This document shows, in pieces, positions 49,243 through 61,500 of a DNA stretch of 64,000 bases. A program made the translations under genes and the position numbers. The stretch is from Microbotryum violaceum (Eukaryota): positions 744,001-808,000 of the forward strand of contig CDLV01000010.1 in NCBI GenBank assembly GCA_001244265.2, written 5' to 3'. Positions within the stretch are counted from its first letter, which is position 1. Every line of letters starts with the position of its first letter. Below the pieces are notes generated by a model, which saw only the letters and a program-made list of their open reading frames with translations, was not told the DNA's origin and did not search any database.

Positions 49243-52200
49243 ATGCCCGGTGATACGGACACTGTGGTATCAGGGGAACAACCTCTATCGTCTATGTCAA
49301 ACCCGCGATATCGACCCGTCATGCCACCTGCGCAACGCGGGAGGCTGGTCGCAATGGATCAACGACGTCCGTGGAGCTCTCGGGGCGACTATAGGGGGGT
49401 GTTGAGGTAGATTACTCTTGCCTTAAATCTGCCTAGCGCGCGTCTCTATTTGTATTAGCCGCGCGGTCCAATCGCGTCTTTCCTTCTTCTTCTCCACTTG
49501 ATTACGAACTCATTGGAACTGCACGCTTGCGACGCCCATTCAGAAACCCAACGCGCGCACCGACCTGGAGCACGCCAACTTCCAAGCGATCGCGCTCTTG
49601 AGGCGCTCGGTCTCCCTCAACATCAAGAAGCAGATCAAAGATGGATTCGATCACACTCCCACCGACGTCTTGAAGATGATCAAGAAAGCGGTCGCAGCAG
49701 GCACAGTCACCGACATCTTCATCAAGCTCCAAGCCCTGCTCGATGCGGGTCCGCCTCCCTCCGGTGTCGACGCGTTCGAGAAGTACCAAGCCAACACCAT
49801 TGAGCTGTTTAACACTCTTTCGGGATACAACCTTACCTTTGACCAGGTCATCTCGATACGCTTGATCCACTTTGGCAAGGACCTCTACAAGGAGTACTAT
49901 ACTCAAGCGCTCCGTCAAGACCTCGACAAGCTCCCTGATCCGATTGAAGCGCTTCAAACGCTTCAGACTCAAGCTGAATCCACGCCGGCACACAAGCCCG
50001 TGGCGATGGTAGCTAGCTTGACCGCGACGGACAGATCTTCATCGACTCCGTCAGCTCCGTGCCGACACTGTGGAGGTCCTCACTGGAATCGAAAATGCCC
50101 CGTCAAGGACAAGAAGTCCAAGGCCTCCTCCGCGCCGTCCGCATCACTCGCCGCTGCTCCGACATCTCGACGTTGGTAGACGGCCCGGTCCGCGGATACC
50201 TCACCGCAGCGATGTCCACATTGGCCAAACCTTCCCTCATCCTCGACAGCGGCGCGACGCATCACATCGTCAACGATCGCGCTTGTTTCACCAACTTCCG
50301 CAAGTGCAAGCCTGCTCCGCTCGAGGGCATCACGGGCGAGGCGGTCAATTCGATCGAAGGCGTCGGTTCCGCTGTCGTTCGCTCCTTCGACGGCAGCATC
50401 GGTCAACTCCACCACGCGTTGTTTGTCCCCAGCGCGCCGGTCAGCCTCTTCTCCGCCAGTCGCGCCAACGCCGCGGGCTACGACATCAACCTTTCCCGAG
50501 GCAAAGCAACGGTCTCAGTCGACGGGTCGATTTGCCACACCGGGGAGATCACGAACGGCTTGTACCACATGCATGCTTCCCTAGTCGACGTCACTACTCT
50601 CATCGAGCAACCGGGTGCGTCCCCACGTGCGTTCGCGGCCGTCCCCGTCTCCATCATGCACGGACGTTTCGCTCACCTTCACCCACGCGCTCTACGACAG
50701 CTGATCTCAACTGAGGCTGTGCTGGGAGTCAACATGGAGGTAGCATTGAACGCAGACTTGAAATGTGATACATGCCAGGCTGGGAAGATCACACATCACC
50801 CTTTCCCCACCGTCGCGTCGAATCGTTCAGCCCAGCCTCTTGATCGAGTCCACATGGACCTTCTTGCGTTCGACGGCGCCGTGTCGTTAGGCGGCGCAAA
50901 ATACGCCCTCGTCATTGTCGATGATTACACCCGATATCTCTGGGCAATTCCGATGTCGCACAAGTCCGATACCTTTGCGGCCTTCAAGTCGTGGCTTGCA
51001 AAGGTCGAGCGCTCCTCGTCGAGAAAACTCCTGGCAGTCCGCTCCGACAACGGTGGTGAATTCTTGTCGAACGAGTTCTCGAGCTTCCTGGAAGAACAAG
51101 GCATCACTCGTCAGCTTTCGATTCCCGATGCCCCTCAGCAAAACGGGGTTGCCGAACGCGCAAATCGCTCGATCACCGAGGGTGTCCGATCAATGCTCCA
51201 CCAGTCGGGTCTATCTCACGCTTTGTGGGCCGAGGCATTGGCGACATATGTCTACGTCAAAAATCGCTCACCACACTCGGCAAATTCAGGCGTCACACCA
51301 CACACGCGTTGGCACGGATCGAAGCCGTCAGCCGGCCATCTCCGCGTATTCGGCTGCAGAGCGTGGAAGGCAGCTACCACCGAAGCGCGCAGCAAACTCG
51401 ATCCGCGGGGCATTCCACTCGTATTCGTCGGCTACGATCTCGAATCCAAGGGATACCGACTGTTTGACCCCGCTACCAGACAAGTTTTCAAATCGCGCAG
51501 CGTCACATTCTTCGAGGACGAGTTCCCAGCCAGGCGGGAGGGCATCACAGCAGCTCACGCGCCCGTCGCAGGCGACGACGACGACGACGATGACGAAGTC
51601 GTTGTACTCCCTGACCAGCATGCCAATCAGGCACCCCCGACCAAGCGGAGCTTCCGGCTGCTTTACGTTTCGACGCACCGGGGCCCGCGTGGCAGCCACC
51701 CGTGGGTTCGCGCCCGCGCAACCCCCAGCTCGTTACGGCGCCCTAGCATCTTTGCGCTCGACCCCTTCTGCCTTCGCATTCTCTCTAGGCAAGGAGGTAA
51801 CCGAACTTGTTGCTGATCTCGACGCGGCGGGCATTGACACCTCGACGGCGAATCGACCGCTCTCGGAACCAGAGGACCCGTTCTCGCTCCCGAGCAGTGA
51901 TCCCACCACGTGGAATGAGGCCATGCGCCATCCTCACGCCGCGGCATGGAAAGCGGGAGCCATTGAGGAATTCCGCTCGATGAAAGACGATCTCAAGGTG
52001 TTCAGCGTCGTCGGACTATCCTCCGTGCCCAAAGGAGCTACGATCTTACCAAGTCGTCACGTCTTTCGAACCAAACGCGACAAAGCCGGGAAGATGGTTT
52101 CACTGAAGAACCGCATTATTGCACAGGGCTGCGCACAAGGCCCAAACAGCTTCAACAACACCTTCTCACCCACGGCTAAGTACACCTCCATCCGCACGCT

Positions 52201-53470
52201 CATCGCGCACTCGGCCTCGAAGGGCCACCACATCATTCAAGCCGACGTTGACAAGGCCTATCTTCACGGTGTGCTGGAGGAGGAGATCTACATGCGGGTT
52301 CCAACTGGCATCGAAGGCTACGAAGGCAAATGCCTCCGCCTTCATCGATCGATCTACGGTCTCAAGCAGGCAGGTCGAGTGTGGAACGACACGATCAACG
52401 CCACGCTCGCGAGTCTCGGCTATCGTCGCCTCGCCTGCGACAAATGCATCTATCGTCATGAGGACGCTGGGGGTGATCACTACATTGCACTCTACGTCGA
52501 CGATCTACTCTTCTTTGGGCCGGATCTCGGGGAAATCGATCGAGTCCTTGACCAACTCGACACCCTCTACGGAGTCAAACGCCTCGGCCCGGCCGAATGG
52601 GTACTCGGGTTCAGGTCGTACGACACGACGATGGCGGGATCTCCCTTCTCCAGCGTCAATACCTCCTTGACGTCTTGGATCGCTTCAACATGTCCGACTG
52701 CAACCCCTGCAAGTCACCCATGGAAGCCAACCTACAGCTTTCGCCGGAACCCGATACAGACTCCGCCGACAATGCCATCTACCGTTCCATGATCGGCTCA
52801 CTCATGTACGCTGTTGTTGCCACTCGCCCTGATCTAGCCCACTCCGTCGGATATCTGTCACGTTTCGTCGGCAAGGCTGGCGACACTCACCTCGAGGCGG
52901 CCAAGCGCGTCCTTCGTTACATCAAAGGATCGCTCGATCTTGGCATACACTACATGCGCACCAGTGCGCCTCTGCTGGGGTACGAGGGGTACTCTGACTC
53001 GGACTGGGGATCGGACATACAGACGTCGAGGTCCACTATGGTTACTTGTTCAAACTGGCGGGTGGGGCCATCTCATGGTCATCTCGTCTCCAACCTCGCG
53101 TAGCTTGTTCATCCACGGAAGCGGAGTACCTGGGCCTCTCGCATGCAGCCAAGGAGGCTGTCTTCCTTCGCTCGCTCCTCACCGAACTCGGTCTCGATAC
53201 GTCGTCCCCTTTACGTCTTCTCGGGATAACCAGGGAGCTATAGCGCTCACCCAGAATCCGGTCTTCCACGCTCGCACCAAACATTTGCGCATGTTGGAGC
53301 ATTTCGTTCGGGAGCATGTTCGGAATGGAGAGATCTCGGTCACCTACATCCCAACCCACGATATGGTTGCCGACATTTTCACCAAGCCGCTGCCGCGAGT
53401 AGTCTTCCAGCGTCATTGTGACGCCATCGGTCTGCGCCGCATTTCAGGCCAAGAGCAAGGGGGGTGTTGA
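49243..53470 (+). pseudogene. Copia gag-pol, frameshifted as assembled
   Basis: Gag WSQW..VRGAL and knuckle CRHCGGPHWNRKC, PR ILDSGAT, IN HGRFAH..CDTC/VHMD/SDNGGEF/NGVAER, RT YVDD, RNase H YSDSDW/STEAEY/ADIFTK. Several -1 frameshifts and an LTR-fragment insertion in gag. Confidence 0.9.
49393..49516 (+). repeat. PPT remnant plus partial LTR copy inside gag
   Basis: AGGGGGG at 49393-49399, then LTR bases 1-117 at 49400-49516. Confidence 0.92.
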
Positions 53471-53707
53471 GGTAGATTACTCTTGCCTTAAATCTGCCTA
53501 GCGCGCGTCTCTATTTGTATTAGCCGCGCGGTCCAATCGCGTCTTTCCTTCTTCTTCTCCACTTGATTACGAACTCATTGGCTTGCCACTGCCGCCAACT
53601 CGTTCAGGTGTGTGAAGAACTCCTTTATTGCAATCTAACTTGATTACGAACTCATTGGCTTGCCACTGCCGCCAACTCGTTCAGCACATCGCTGTTCGAT
53701 TTCTACA
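53465..53707 (+). repeat. 3' LTR (243 bp)
   Basis: Preceded by PPT CAAGAGCAAGGGGGG and followed by TSD CTTTC. Confidence 0.96.
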
Positions 53708-54959
53708 CTTTCCCCCCTTTTTCCCTTCCCTTCCTCTTCTCGTTCCTGTTGCTCGGTTGTTGACTACGCTTCAGCCACTTCTCCTTTTACTCCTAAGCCG
53801 TGTGTTGGATTCCGTTGAATGGTTCGTTCGTTCGCGTTGGTCAAGATCTACGGCATGGCTCGGGAAGGAAGGTCGCTCGTTTCTGGCCAATATCCTCGCG
53901 TCAAGGCGAGGCTCGTTTCGTTGTACTGGATCGCTTTTCTCTCGGCCCCGACGGCTCAATAGCCAGCACTCGAGATTCAGCCAAGGGAGGACATCAGGCG
54001 CTGTCGGGGTGACGAGTAGCTGGGGCTTGGCTGCGGCCTGTTAGTCCCTGGGGACCTCTACCTCCGGCTTCGACCCCCTCCCTTGGCCCCTCGGTGTTCC
54101 CCTCCTCTCTGTCTTAGTATTCCTGGTTCTCCGTATCCCCAGTCGTGACTTTCTGTATACTCTCCCCCTTCTTTCTCTAGGCGCTCTTGCCTGGTTTTCG
54201 AGTATCTTTGCTCCCGCTCTTGGGACGTGAAGCGGCAGCAGTACTCACCGCCCGTTGGAGTCCGCGTTAGGTGCTCGGCGGGTTTTGATCTGCGCAGCGC
54301 TCTTTGCGCGCAGGGGTTTGACTTTCACCCAACTGCTTGCCGTCGTTGCTTTATAACCTCCTTTAGCTCTTTTTGTAGCGGTCCCAGCCAACCCGAAGGA
54401 TAGCAATTTATGAGCCACAGTCAAAAAAAACCCCCGATTTCGATTTCCCCCCACCATCCCACACACACACACACCAAATCACACTTCCTCTTTCAAAAAA
54501 AAACAAAAAACAAAAAACAGTATACAAATATCTTGATTTCATCTTTCATCTATTACAATTACAGGTCTACTTCGTTGCTCATGGACCGGCTCGCGATTTG
54601 GGATTGACTCGACGGTGGCTCGCGCTCTTTGGCTTCGGGGTTCTGAGTCAAGGGAGGGATCAGCAGACACAGGCAGAAAGTCGGCTTTGAGGGGCCAGGG
54701 ACTGCTGAGGTGGAGGTTTTGAGGGGCCTCCACCGCGTCTTGTTGTGACCGAGCATAGACTTGGGACTTCGCGGGTCAGGGTAGCTGTGCAGTCGCTCTC
54801 CTGTCTTTGTCTCGATCGAGTGGGGAAGTGGGTGCGAGGTGGGCCTCTTGTCGTTAGTAAATCGTTTTATTGCTCTTACTCTTACTCTCTCTCTCCTTCT
54901 CTCTCTCATTAGTCTCCTGGGGGAGGGGCAAACCGCTTGGCTGGGGCACTTGAATCCCA

Positions 54960-55276
54960 AGTATCGGATTGGTGGACACCGGGCCGTTTCTCGCATCTTG
55001 CGGGCGGTTTGTGATATCATCGTCGACTTCCATCTAGTTTTTCCGTAGGCCAAATAGGGGGAATATGAACTGGGAGCAATATGATGAACAAGTTCTACAA
55101 ACAAACAAACAAACAAAACAAAAAAACAAAAAACAAAAGCGCCAGTATCGGCTCGGTGGACAACGCCTCGTATCTCGCTTCTCGCATATCGTAGGCGGTT
55201 TGAGTTGTCATCGTCGACTTTTTTCATCCAGTGTCAAAAAGAGGGTACGGGAGCAATATGATGAACACGTACTACA
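54960..55276 (+). repeat. Two diverged ~135-bp modules separated by a (CAAA)n/A-rich tail, probably retroposon 3' ends
   Basis: 54960-55099 and 55144-55276 share AGTATCGG, GGTGGACA, TTCTCGCAT, GGCGGTTTG, TCATCGTCGACTT and GGGAGCAATATGATGAACA.GT.CTACA in the same order. Confidence 0.75.
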
Positions 55277-55583
55277 GGGTAAAAATTTCGCTTGTCTTAC
55301 AGGCCTGCTTTGAGCGAATGTTGCAATGCGATCATCTACCGCCAACTACTGGTAATTGATAGATGGGAGCCGCATGGGATCTACTGCTGTGATTGAGGAG
55401 GGTCTCGTTTGCTCACAGACTCAGTCTTTCTAGAGTAATAGCGCACGAGTCTATTGCAGTGACGAAGCAAGAGAGAAAGAGAAAGCCGAACAGCAGGGAA
55501 CGAAAAGGCAAAAGTAGCCCTAGAGTTAAAAACATTGAAATCAAAACACATGATATATCCATATTCAAAAGTCGTCGACTCCT

Positions 55584-58500
55584 TCAAATCTGCAATATTC
55601 GTTGCAGGGTCGCGACATCGTCCGAGCTCAGTTTCTCGCCGAGCGCCCTCTTGAGACCTTCCAACACGCCTTGACCATCCTCCTTGGTCATCGCAGCCAC
55701 GACGTCGGCCATCGCGTTCGAACGAACATCCTTGACACGACTGGCGATTTTGGCTTTGTGCTGCTCGAGCGCACTAGTAACGGCGGGGTCGTTCTCGTAA
55801 TCGGCTTGGCTCTCGTTAATGGCAGCCTTGACGATGTCGACGCGCGCCTCACGAGACAAGGTCGGGTCGGCGACGGCGAGGCGCTTAAGAGCGTCCTCCT
55901 CGGCCAGTCGTCGCAGCAAGCGTTGGTAGAAGTATCGCCTCGACTCGGACCAGACGAGCGTATCGCGGATCGCTCCCTTGGCCTTCATGCGGGCAGGTCG
56001 GTCGTGCAAGTCGGCAAATTGCAAAGCGATCTGCGAGTACAACGGCATCAAGATCTTTTCGCGGTTGGCGAGCTCGTTCTTGGCCGCGGTGACGTCGGCA
56101 GCCGAAAGTGACGCATCGACGGTCTTGGCCTTAAGCGTACGGTAAGGCTCGTCGAGGCGTTCCATCATCGCGACCAACTTGTCCTTGCGCAGCTTGATCT
56201 CGACGATACCCTCGGGTTCAAGCACACCAGCTCGTGCGGACTCGTCGGCGTACCTGTAAGTAGGAGAAACACAAGAAGTCAGATAGTGAATTCCCCTGTA
56301 AAAAACCTTGTGTAGTATCGCGTGTGCTTACATCTCCATCATTCCGTCGGCGTTGATTGTCGGGTCGAGCACGACCCAAGCACCACCACGAAGTTCACCA
56401 TTGGGAACGATGTAGACGAAGGCGGGCTGGTTGTACGTCGATAAACCGTCGACAATTAGCGAACCGCGCTTCAGGACCTCATCAAACATGTCTTGCTGTC
56501 CACCGGAGAATCCACGCCAGTTGGCAAAGATGATCAAAGGCAGTCCTTCGCGGTTGAAGTCAAAGATCGCTTGACCGGTCTTGAACGCCGAGTTGGGGTA
56601 CCAGACCTGACCGGCCTCCATGATCCTCTGCTCCATCGAGCTGGGGTTCGCGGGGTCCGCGGGGACGACTCGCTCGACGGTGCGCGTCTCGACGGCGATT
56701 GTTCCGATCGGGATTCCGCCCAGACGAGCGCGACCAACAACCTGCAAGAATGAGTGTGGCTCCACGGTAAGCATCTTTGGACCCCAAGATCAACAGGGCA
56801 CAACTTACAACTGTCTGGGCCCATCCCGAGAGTGTCTCTTGGAACGAGTCCTTGTCGAAGAAACCGGACAGCCATCGCCCGTCGGTTTCGTCGGCTTTCC
56901 CGGCGAGGAACCAGCGAGGGTCATAGGCGCCCTTGATTGGTTGGTAGTCGATGGCTCGATCCCAGGTGTCGACCGAAGGCGAGATCGGTAACGGAGCACC
57001 TTTGGCAGAGGGAACGTAGGCCAACCACTTGACGATGCTCAGGACACCCTCGAGATCGTTGGCTGCGGTCAAGTGCGACACACCGTTCTTGTACATGATC
57101 TGCGTGCCACCGAGCTGCAAGTTCGACGAGTACACCTCGCGACCGAGGACTTTGTTGAGCGCACCCGCACCCGTGAGGATGATCGGTTGGCCCTCGACTT
57201 GGATCGCACGCTGACCGAGGCGAACGAGATAGGCACCGATACCAACGGATCGTGCCGTGACGAGGGTGATAGTGAAGATGTCGTCGTAGGCTCGCGACGT
57301 CTCACCGGCGATGAGACCCGAGCCCTTGAGGGATTCGACACCGAGACCATCTTGCAGACCGATGATATCGGTGATCTGATACTGTGTCTCGCCCGTCGCC
57401 TCGTCGACGACCTTCTTCGTAATGACGCTCTTTTCGCCCTTGTTCTGAAGTTCGCCGAGCTTCTCAGGGGTGATGTAGAGGTACTTGAAGCCCTTCTCGG
57501 GTCGGGCGGGGTCGTTCCAGGCCGCGGAGATCAATTCGACGAGCTCATCGGCGATACCGAGTCGAGCACCCGAATTGGCCGAGAGATAGATGCGGGGCAA
57601 GCCGAGCCGGCGTGCGAGTCGGGTTACGGCGTGGAAGAACTTGTCCTCCTCGGGTCCGAACGAACCAATCTTGAACGTGATGTCGTTGGCAATGACCACG
57701 ATGCGGCGACCAGCGGGATACTCGGGAGTGAGGATCGTGTAGATCCAACCGACCATACCGATGTTGTTCGTTCCCGGCGCTCGCGCGACTTCCTGAGGGT
57801 TGCCAAACTCGTCCAAAACAAGCTCCTTGGCGACGAGGGGATCGCTGGGGGCGTTCCTGCTCGCGGCCTTCCACTGCTTGCGGATGGCTTGACGGAACAA
57901 GTCGGGGAAATCGTAGGCGTAGGTCGTACCGACAACGTGCGCCCTGTATCGCTTAGGCTGCAGCCATTCCTTGGTCGGGTACGGGAAGTTGACGGGCTGC
58001 AGGTGGAGCGCACCCTGGGGGCCGATCGACTTCAAGATAACGATGCCTTTTTCGGTCGTGACTTCTCGGTAGGCCTCGTATTTAACGACGAAGCCCGAAA
58101 CGTTCTCGATGATGGCACGGATGGGTTGGATGTTGCCCTGCGCGTCCTCGATGACCATGCGGATCTCGGCGCCGGTGACGCGGAGGCGCCAGAATCGCTT
58201 GCCATGTCGGTCGATGAAACCAGCAAGGGCGGTTTGCACGTCCTCAAAGTCGAGGCGGAGCGAATAGATGAAGTTGAGCTGTAAAAATTGGAAGGATCAA
58301 AAGCGTCAGATGGGGTGATTGGACTAGAGTTAGGGCCAGCCTTGCCTGGGCGAACTCACCGAAATGTGGTTACCATCCGCGGTACGGCGAGTGGCCGAGA
58401 CAACCTCGAGCGTGTCCAAGACGTCGGCAACGAGACGGTCGGACTCCGAAACGAGGTAGTCGAGCGTGCGCATATTGCCACGGAGGGGACCGGGGCGGAC

Positions 58501-61500
58501 GAGGGCGCGCACGAAGAAGCGGCAATCGCCCGAGTTCTCCTTGGCGACGGCGTAGTAGATGTGCACCTGTCGGTTCTCGGTCGGGGTCGGGGTGAGGTGG
58601 AAATTGGACAAGCGGGCAAGCTCGAGTTGCCAAGCGAGGGCGGGCTCGATATCGCGGATCGTCGACAGCTCTTTCCACATGCCCGCATCCTTGCGCAGGG
58701 TGAAGTACGAGGGGTAGTAGCCTTCGCGGCAGATGAGAAGCGTCACACGGCGCATGGAGCGACGGTCGAGCTCGTTTGACATCGAGTTGATCAACTCGGC
58801 GAACTGGGTGCGGAGATGGTCCTCGTCGGCCACGGTCGTCGACGGCGAGACGTTGAGGGAGACATTGCACACGTTCCAGTTGCTTTGACTCGAGACCAGG
58901 GGCTCGGCGGGGTTGGTGGCCGTGCTCGGGTAGTGCGCGAGCACGGTCTTGAGCTCGTGGGCCAAGTTGTTGAGCGACGCGGTGGCGAACATCGAACCGT
59001 AGCGGATCGGCTCTTCTTGGGCGCGCGAAAGCAGGAACGTCAAGTCCGAGTACGACGCGGTCCTCTGCGAGGTGAGGCCCGTCGAAGGGGTGACGGGACC
59101 CGACTCGCCGCCGGCTTTGCGCATGCGGAAAGTCCAGAAGACGGTCGAAGGCTCGCTCTCGGCCTCGTCAGATTCGACGTGCTCGATGTTGATGATGTTG
59201 TAGGCCTTGTAGGCGCGTCGGACGTACATCTCGAGCGCAGCGAGACCGACCCATTGATCGGCGTGGCGGAAGAACGTCGGCAACACGTCGAAGACGGTGA
59301 AGCGCGAGTCGATGACGTCCTTGAGGATATCAGCACGAGGGGCACGAGGGACGACGGCGGATTCCCCGTAGGTGGTCTGCGTGACCGAGGCCTTGAGGAT
59401 CTGCTCGAGCTGGACGAGACGTTCGTCGAGCGAGGGCAGCTGGCAATGGATGAGCACCTCGCGGGCCTTGAGGGAGACCTTGGACGTCGCCTTGGAGTCG
59501 AGATCAGCCAGCTCCTTGAGAACAGGCGCGAAGGTTGCTTCGATGACTTGAAGCGATTCGGACGACTCTTTGACGAGTTCGAGCAAAGCCAAGATGAGCG
59601 CATTCTTACTCGCGGCCTTGTAGTGCGACAAGACGGCTCGAACGACAACGTCGAGATCGTCGCGGTGCGTGTCACGGAGTTCGAGAACGACGTCGTCCTC
59701 GCGGCCGCTGAAAAGCTTCTCAGTCTCGAGGTAGGCATTCATGACCGAAGCGACCGTGAGCCATTCGTGGCCTTTGAGTCCGCCGCGGTATCGCTCGACG
59801 ATGTCAAGGAGACTACCGAGGGTCAGGCGAAGGCTCGCAGCCTCGGCGGGGCGTGACGCCTCGAGGGCGGCCTCAATTTGCTTACGTACCTTGGCCGAGG
59901 GAAATTCGGCCTTGTTGACGTGGGCGGCCTCGATCGTCTGGCGAACCGAGGCTTCGAGCGCAGCGGGCATGCGTCCACCCAAAGTCGAGAGGACAGCGTG
60001 GGCCTCACCATAAGGTAACTCGGGGTTGCGCAGGACGGTAATGAGCTCCTTGATCGTTGGCTGCATAATCGACTGGTTGTCGTAACCGGCGAGGATGTTG
60101 CCGAGGATGTCGCGCAAGTAGGCGAAGCGCTGGTGGGGCTTGGTGCCGACGATCGAAGGGAGACCGAGTTGGGGCAATTGGCCGTCAAAGGGCTTGGCAT
60201 GGTTGACTCGGCTGGGGTCGTCGAGCGAGAGGATGCCGATGATGGCACCGGCTTCGAGCGTAACTCCTGGTTGCTTGATGAATTGCGCGATACCGTCTTC
60301 GGCGGCAATCAAAGGCATGATCATCTGATATGAGGGAAGGCGTCGGTTAAGGCACTGTCAGCATCCCAACGCTCTCTTTCTTGCCACCTATTGTAGTCGC
60401 AGCGGACGACTTACCTTCATGACCTCAATTTCGGCATAGGCTTGTCCCTTGCTGACGTGCTCGCCGGACTCGATGAAGTAGCGCACGAGTTTACCGGGCG
60501 AAGGGGACCTCAATTGCGTAGGGTCATTCTCTTGCGCAACGAGCACGGTGCGCGAGTCGATCGACAACCTCAACGCTCCGACTTCCTCCTTGCCGTAGCA
60601 GGTGTAAGAGCGGCCATCGAGGAGCACAAGAAGACCACCGTCGGCGAGGGGGCGCAACCCGACCGAGACGGACGAGCCATTGATGTAGATCGACCAACTG
60701 GTAGGCGACGAGCGCGAGGCCGTGGCACGGTACTTGACGTCTTCGAGCACGAACTCGAGCGGCACGACGGTCGCCAAGAGCTCGCGGGCGGGCGACTGAC
60801 CCTTCTCGAGCACGCGCTTGTACTCGGCGATGTTGGCCTCGGTCGCGAGGTGGGCCTTGGCGACGGCACCACAGATGATGGCCAAGGTCGTGTCGGGTCG
60901 CTCGGCGGTGAGTCGCTCCGAGATGAGGTTGTCGAGCCAAGCGGTCGTGATCGTGTTGGACTCGAAGGCCTCGGTCTCGAGTAGCTTGATGAGGTACTCG
61001 ACCGTTGTACGGAAGTCACCACGAATCGACAACTCCTTCAGAGCCACGACCATGTTCTTGCGTGCTTCGCTTCGGTCCGAGCCGTAAGCAAAGATGTGAC
61101 CGAACTGGGAGTCGGCGAACTCGTGGAGACCGCCGGCAGCAGCGACGGAGAAGTAACCCCATACGTTCGTCGACGAACGGAAATTGAGCTCTTGCAGCGT
61201 ACCGGAAGAGGGCTTGAAACCGGCGTCCGGGTTCTCGGCGGTAATACGGACAGCGACGACGTGACCCTTGGGAGAGGGCTTGCGCTGCGTCTCAGCCGAA
61301 GTGGGGTCCTCAAAGTCGAAGTCGATCTTGGACTCTCCGTGTGGAGACTTGCCGTACAAAGTTCGGATGTCGCGGATACGGTGGAGGGGGATACCCATGG
61401 CGATCTGCAGTTGCGCAGCGGGAAGGTTGACACCGGATACCATTTCGGTGGTGGGGTGCTCGACTTGGAGACGCGGGTTCAACTCGAGGAAGTAGAAGTT

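Larger units (their letters stand above)
48950..53707 (+). mobile_element. Full-length Ty1/copia LTR retrotransposon
   Basis: TG...CA LTRs at 48950-49192 and 53465-53707, CTTTC TSD at 48945-48949 and 53708-53712, PBS at 49193-49204, PPT at ~53450-53464, and PR-IN-RT-RH domain order. Confidence 0.97.
47390..54430 (+). mobile_element. 5'-truncated LINE (L1/Tx1-like ORF2 C-terminal part) with long 3' UTR interrupted by a copia element
   Basis: ORF 47402-48709 has EDGGLGL and zf-RVT CLFC...ETVSHYFFEC. Pyrimidine-rich UTR on both sides of the copia. A-tract at 54423-54430 (another at ~54495-54517). Boundaries approximate, no TSD found. Confidence 0.75.

Noticed and set aside
54005..54085. tRNA/B-box-like GGCTTCGACCCC in the LINE 3' UTR
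   Set aside because: No cloverleaf or acceptor stem could be built.
55081..55330. ATGATGA box C-like words in the repeated modules
   Set aside because: They lie at the module 3' ends with no suitably placed downstream CTGA box D. Better explained as retroposon tail sequence.
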